Positions 61,568 through 64,000 of a stretch of DNA of 64,000 bases are shown here, in pieces. The stretch is from contig CAMDNW010000002.1 of NCBI GenBank assembly GCA_945903275.1, positions 75,829 through 139,828 on the forward strand, in the 5' to 3' direction. A model generated the notes under the pieces. It had not been told where the DNA came from and searched no databases. It saw only the letters and a program-made list of their open reading frames with translations. A program made the translations under genes and the position numbers. How positions within the stretch are numbered: the stretch's first letter is position 1; every line of letters starts with the position of its first letter. This stretch comes from Thermoflexus hugenholtzii JAD2 (lineage in GTDB: Bacteria; Chloroflexota; Dehalococcoidia; UBA2979).

Positions 61568-64000
61568 TGGCGGCGACCGTGGCGGCTTCGCGAGCGCGCT
61601 GCTCATCGATCACGCGTCGGTACTCCTTCGGCATCACCTTCACAAAACGGGCGGCGGCCTTCGGCCAACCGGTGAGCAGGCCAGCGGCGACGGTGCTGCC
61701 GGTGTACTCGACGTGGCGCTCCAGCAGGCCCTTGACGAGGTCGAGGTCTTCGGGCTCGTCAAGGGCCTCGAGACCGATCATCTCTAGGTTGCAGTGGTTG
61801 GCAAGGTCGCCGTCGACATTGAGCACGTAGGCGACACCGCCGCTCATGCCTGCGCCGAAGTTGCGGCCGATGTGGCCGATGACGACGACACGACCGCCGG
61901 TCATGTACTCGCAGCAGTGGTCGCCGGTGCCCTCGACGACAGTGACTGCGCCGCTGTTGCGGACGGCGAAGCGCTCGCCGGCCAGACCGCGGAAGAACGC
62001 CGCGCCGCTGGTTGCACCGTACAACGCGACGTTGCCGATGATGATGTTCTCCTCCGGCACGAAGGTGGAGGCAGGCGACGGGGCGACGATGATCTTGCCG
62101 CCCGAGAGACCCTTGCCAACATAGTCGTTGGTGTCACCCTCGATGCGGAGGGTCATACCGGACGGGATGAAGGCGCCGAACGACTGACCGGCCGAGCCGG
62201 TGAAACGGATGTCGATGGTGTCGTCCGGCAGGCCGGTGTTGGCGTAGCGGCGGGTTACCTCGCTGCCGAGGATGGTGCCGACGGTGCGGTTCACGTTGCG
62301 GATCGGCATGTCGATGCGCACGTGCTCGCCGCGCTCCAGCGCGGGAGCGGCGAGCAGCAGGAGTTGCTGGTCGAGGGCAGCCTCGAGTCCGTGATCCTGC
62401 GTGGTGACGCAGTGGGTGGCGACGTCATCGCCAACCTCGGGGCGATAGAGGACGGCGGAGAGGTCGAGGCCGCTGGCCTTCCAGTGGTCGACAGCGCGGC
62501 GAGTATCGAGCAGGTCGCTGCGGCCCACCATCTCATCGAAAGTGCGGAAGCCGAGGGCGGACATGTACTCGCGGACTTCCTCAGCGATGAAGCGGAAGAA
62601 GTTGACGACGTGCTCAGCTTTGCCATCGAAGCGCTCGCGCAGTTGCGGGTTCTGCGTGGCGATGCCTACTGGACAGGTGTCGAGGTGGCAGACACGCATC
62701 ATCACGCAGCCCATGACAACAAGCGGCGCGGTGGCGAAGCCGAACTCCTCAGCGCCGAGGAGCGCGCCGATAATGACATCACGGCCGGTCTTGAGCTGGC
62801 CGTCGACCTCGACGCGGATGCGGTCGCGGAGTTTGTTGAGGACGAGGGTTTGCTGGGTCTCAGCGAGGCCGAGTTCCCACGGGACGCCCGCGTGCTTGAG
62901 CGAGGTGAGCGGGCTTGCGCCGGTGCCGCCATCGTGGCCGCTGATCAGCACGACATCGGACTTGGCTTTCGCGACTCCGGCGGCGACGGTGCCCACACCA
63001 ACCTCGGCGACCAGTTTCACGCTGATGCGCGCACGGGTGTTTGCGTTCTTCAGGTCGTGGATCAGCTGCGCGAGATCCTCGATCGAGTAGATATCGTGGT
63101 GCGGGGGCGGGCTGATAAGGCCGACGCCGGGGGTGGCGTGGCGTACCTCGGCGATCCACGGCCAGACCTTGGAACCGGGCAGTTGGCCACCCTCGCCAGG
63201 CTTCGCGCCCTGCGCCATCTTGATCTGGAGTTCGTCGGCGTTCACGAGGTACTCGCTGGTCACGCCGAAGCGGCCGGAGGCGACCTGCTTAATCGCGCTG
63301 CGGCGGGAGTCGCCGTTGGCGTCGGGCGTGTAGCGGCGGCGGTCTTCGCCGCCCTCGCCGGTGTTGCTCTTGCCGCCGATGCGGTTCATGGCAATGGCGA
63401 GCGTCTCGTGGGCCTCGGCGCTGATAGAGCCGTAAGACATGGCACCGGTCTTGAAGCGCTTGAAGAGCACCTCGGCGGACTCGACCTCGTCAAGGGGCAC
63501 GGGCGGGCCGGCGGGGGCGATATCGAAGAGGCCGCGCAGCGTCGCGAGTTGCGCGGACTGGTCGTCCACCATCTTGGTGTACTCGCGGAAGATCGATTGG
63601 CGGCCGGTGCGCGTCGCGTGCTGGAGGCGGAAGACGGTGTCCGGGTTGAACAGGTGAAACTCGCCGTCACGCCGCCACTGGTACTGGCCGCCCCACTCGA
63701 GTTCATCGACGCCGCCCTCGCGAGTGGGGAAGGCACGGCTGTGGTGGTGCAGTGTTTCCTCGGCAACAGTCTCGATGCCGATGCCGCCGATGCGAGAGGT
63801 GGTCTTGGTGAAGTAGCGGTCGATGAGTTCCGGAGAAAGGCCGATGGCCTCGAAAATCTGCGCACCACGATAGGAATGTACGGTGGAGATGCCCATCTTG
63901 GACATCACCTTGACGACGCCCTTCTTGAGGGACTTCAGGTAGTGCTCATGCGCCTCGTTCACATCGAGGGTCGCGGAGACGTAGCCGCTCTCACGAAGGC
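61560..64000 (-). CDS. gltB: glutamate synthase large (alpha) subunit, 5'-truncated at window edge (C-terminal ~810 aa present)
   Basis: The FMN/Fe-S central domain ([11 protein letters not shown], CxxxC cluster region) and the C-terminal GXGXG beta-helix domain are present. The ORF is open to the window end, and its stop overlaps the gltD start by 8 nt. Confidence 0.92.
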   Translation of the reverse strand, partial: LRESGYVSATLDVNEAHEHYLKSLKKGVVKVMSKMGISTVHSYRGAQIFEAIGLSPELIDRYFTKTTSRIGGIGIETVAEETLHHHSRAFPTREGGVDELEWGGQYQWRRDGEFHLFNPDTVFRLQHATRTGRQSIFREYTKMVDDQSAQLATLRGLFDIAPAGPPVPLDEVESAEVLFKRFKTGAMSYGSISAEAHETLAIAMNRIGGKSNTGEGGEDRRRYTPDANGDSRRSAIKQVASGRFGVTSEYLVNADELQIKMAQGAKPGEGGQLPGSKVWPWIAEVRHATPGVGLISPPPHHDIYSIEDLAQLIHDLKNANTRARISVKLVAEVGVGTVAAGVAKAKSDVVLISGHDGGTGASPLTSLKHAGVPWELGLAETQQTLVLNKLRDRIRVEVDGQLKTGRDVIIGALLGAEEFGFATAPLVVMGCVMMRVCHLDTCPVGIATQNPQLRERFDGKAEHVVNFFRFIAEEVREYMSALGFRTFDEMVGRSDLLDTRRAVDHWKASGLDLSAVLYRPEVGDDVATHCVTTQDHGLEAALDQQLLLLAAPALERGEHVRIDMPIRNVNRTVGTILGSEVTRRYANTGLPDDTIDIRFTGSAGQSFGAFIPSGMTLRIEGDTNDYVGKGLSGGKIIVAPSPASTFVPEENIIIGNVALYGATSGAAFFRGLAGERFAVRNSGAVTVVEGTGDHCCEYMTGGRVVVIGHIGRNFGAGMSGGVAYVLNVDGDLANHCNLEMIGLEALDEPEDLDLVKGLLERHVEYTGSTVAAGLLTGWPKAAARFVKVMPKEYRRVIDEQRAREAATVAANG

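Overview
High-GC (~67%) bacterial chromosomal segment, densely coded on both strands; the phylum is not determinable from this window alone. Recognisable content in window order follows. (1) A glycine-cleavage and lipoylation supercluster on the minus strand, gcvT-gcvH-gcvPA-gcvPB-lipB-lipA, with three ATGA-type translational couplings and a convergent, 5'-truncated lpdA. (2) Housekeeping and accessory genes: tam, an HSL-family esterase, an SPFH protein, SURF1, GDPD, VOC, pepN and acnA. (3) A tRNA cluster Val(CAC)-Leu(CAG)-Arg(GCG), then uvrC, a Xer recombinase, a GNAT, eno, a redoxin, gap and ffh. (4) rpsP, a KH protein and rimM, tRNA-Ala(CGC), and an MFS transporter. (5) A VapB/VapC-type toxin-antitoxin locus that sits behind a perfect 45-bp palindrome. 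(6) tRNA-Arg(CCT), pepP, and a GT2 glycosyltransferase fused to a large polytopic membrane domain, followed by a membrane-anchored CE4 polysaccharide deacetylase. (7) Class II B12-dependent ribonucleotide reductase nrdJ, two translationally coupled family-III CoA-transferases plus an MFS transporter, a class V aminotransferase, nitroreductase, isochorismatase, a DtxR-family regulator, an M42 peptidase, rumA, maf, and gltD with partial gltB. No rRNA, CRISPR array or intact mobile element was found. The window is unusually rich in disrupted or fragmentary genes: a GNAT/MFS chimeric fragment with a T-run frameshift, a GtrA remnant, a frameshifted tandem GNAT copy, a frameshifted antitoxin, a VOC fragment abutting an ISAs1-family transposase C-terminal remnant, and a GNAT with an in-frame TGA. 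The most interesting candidate system is the GT2-polytopic fusion plus CE4 deacetylase module, which looks like a compact, Arn-like or three-component-like lipid-linked sugar modification pathway. All calls rest on by-eye motif and family recognition from the six-frame translations. No database searches were run.
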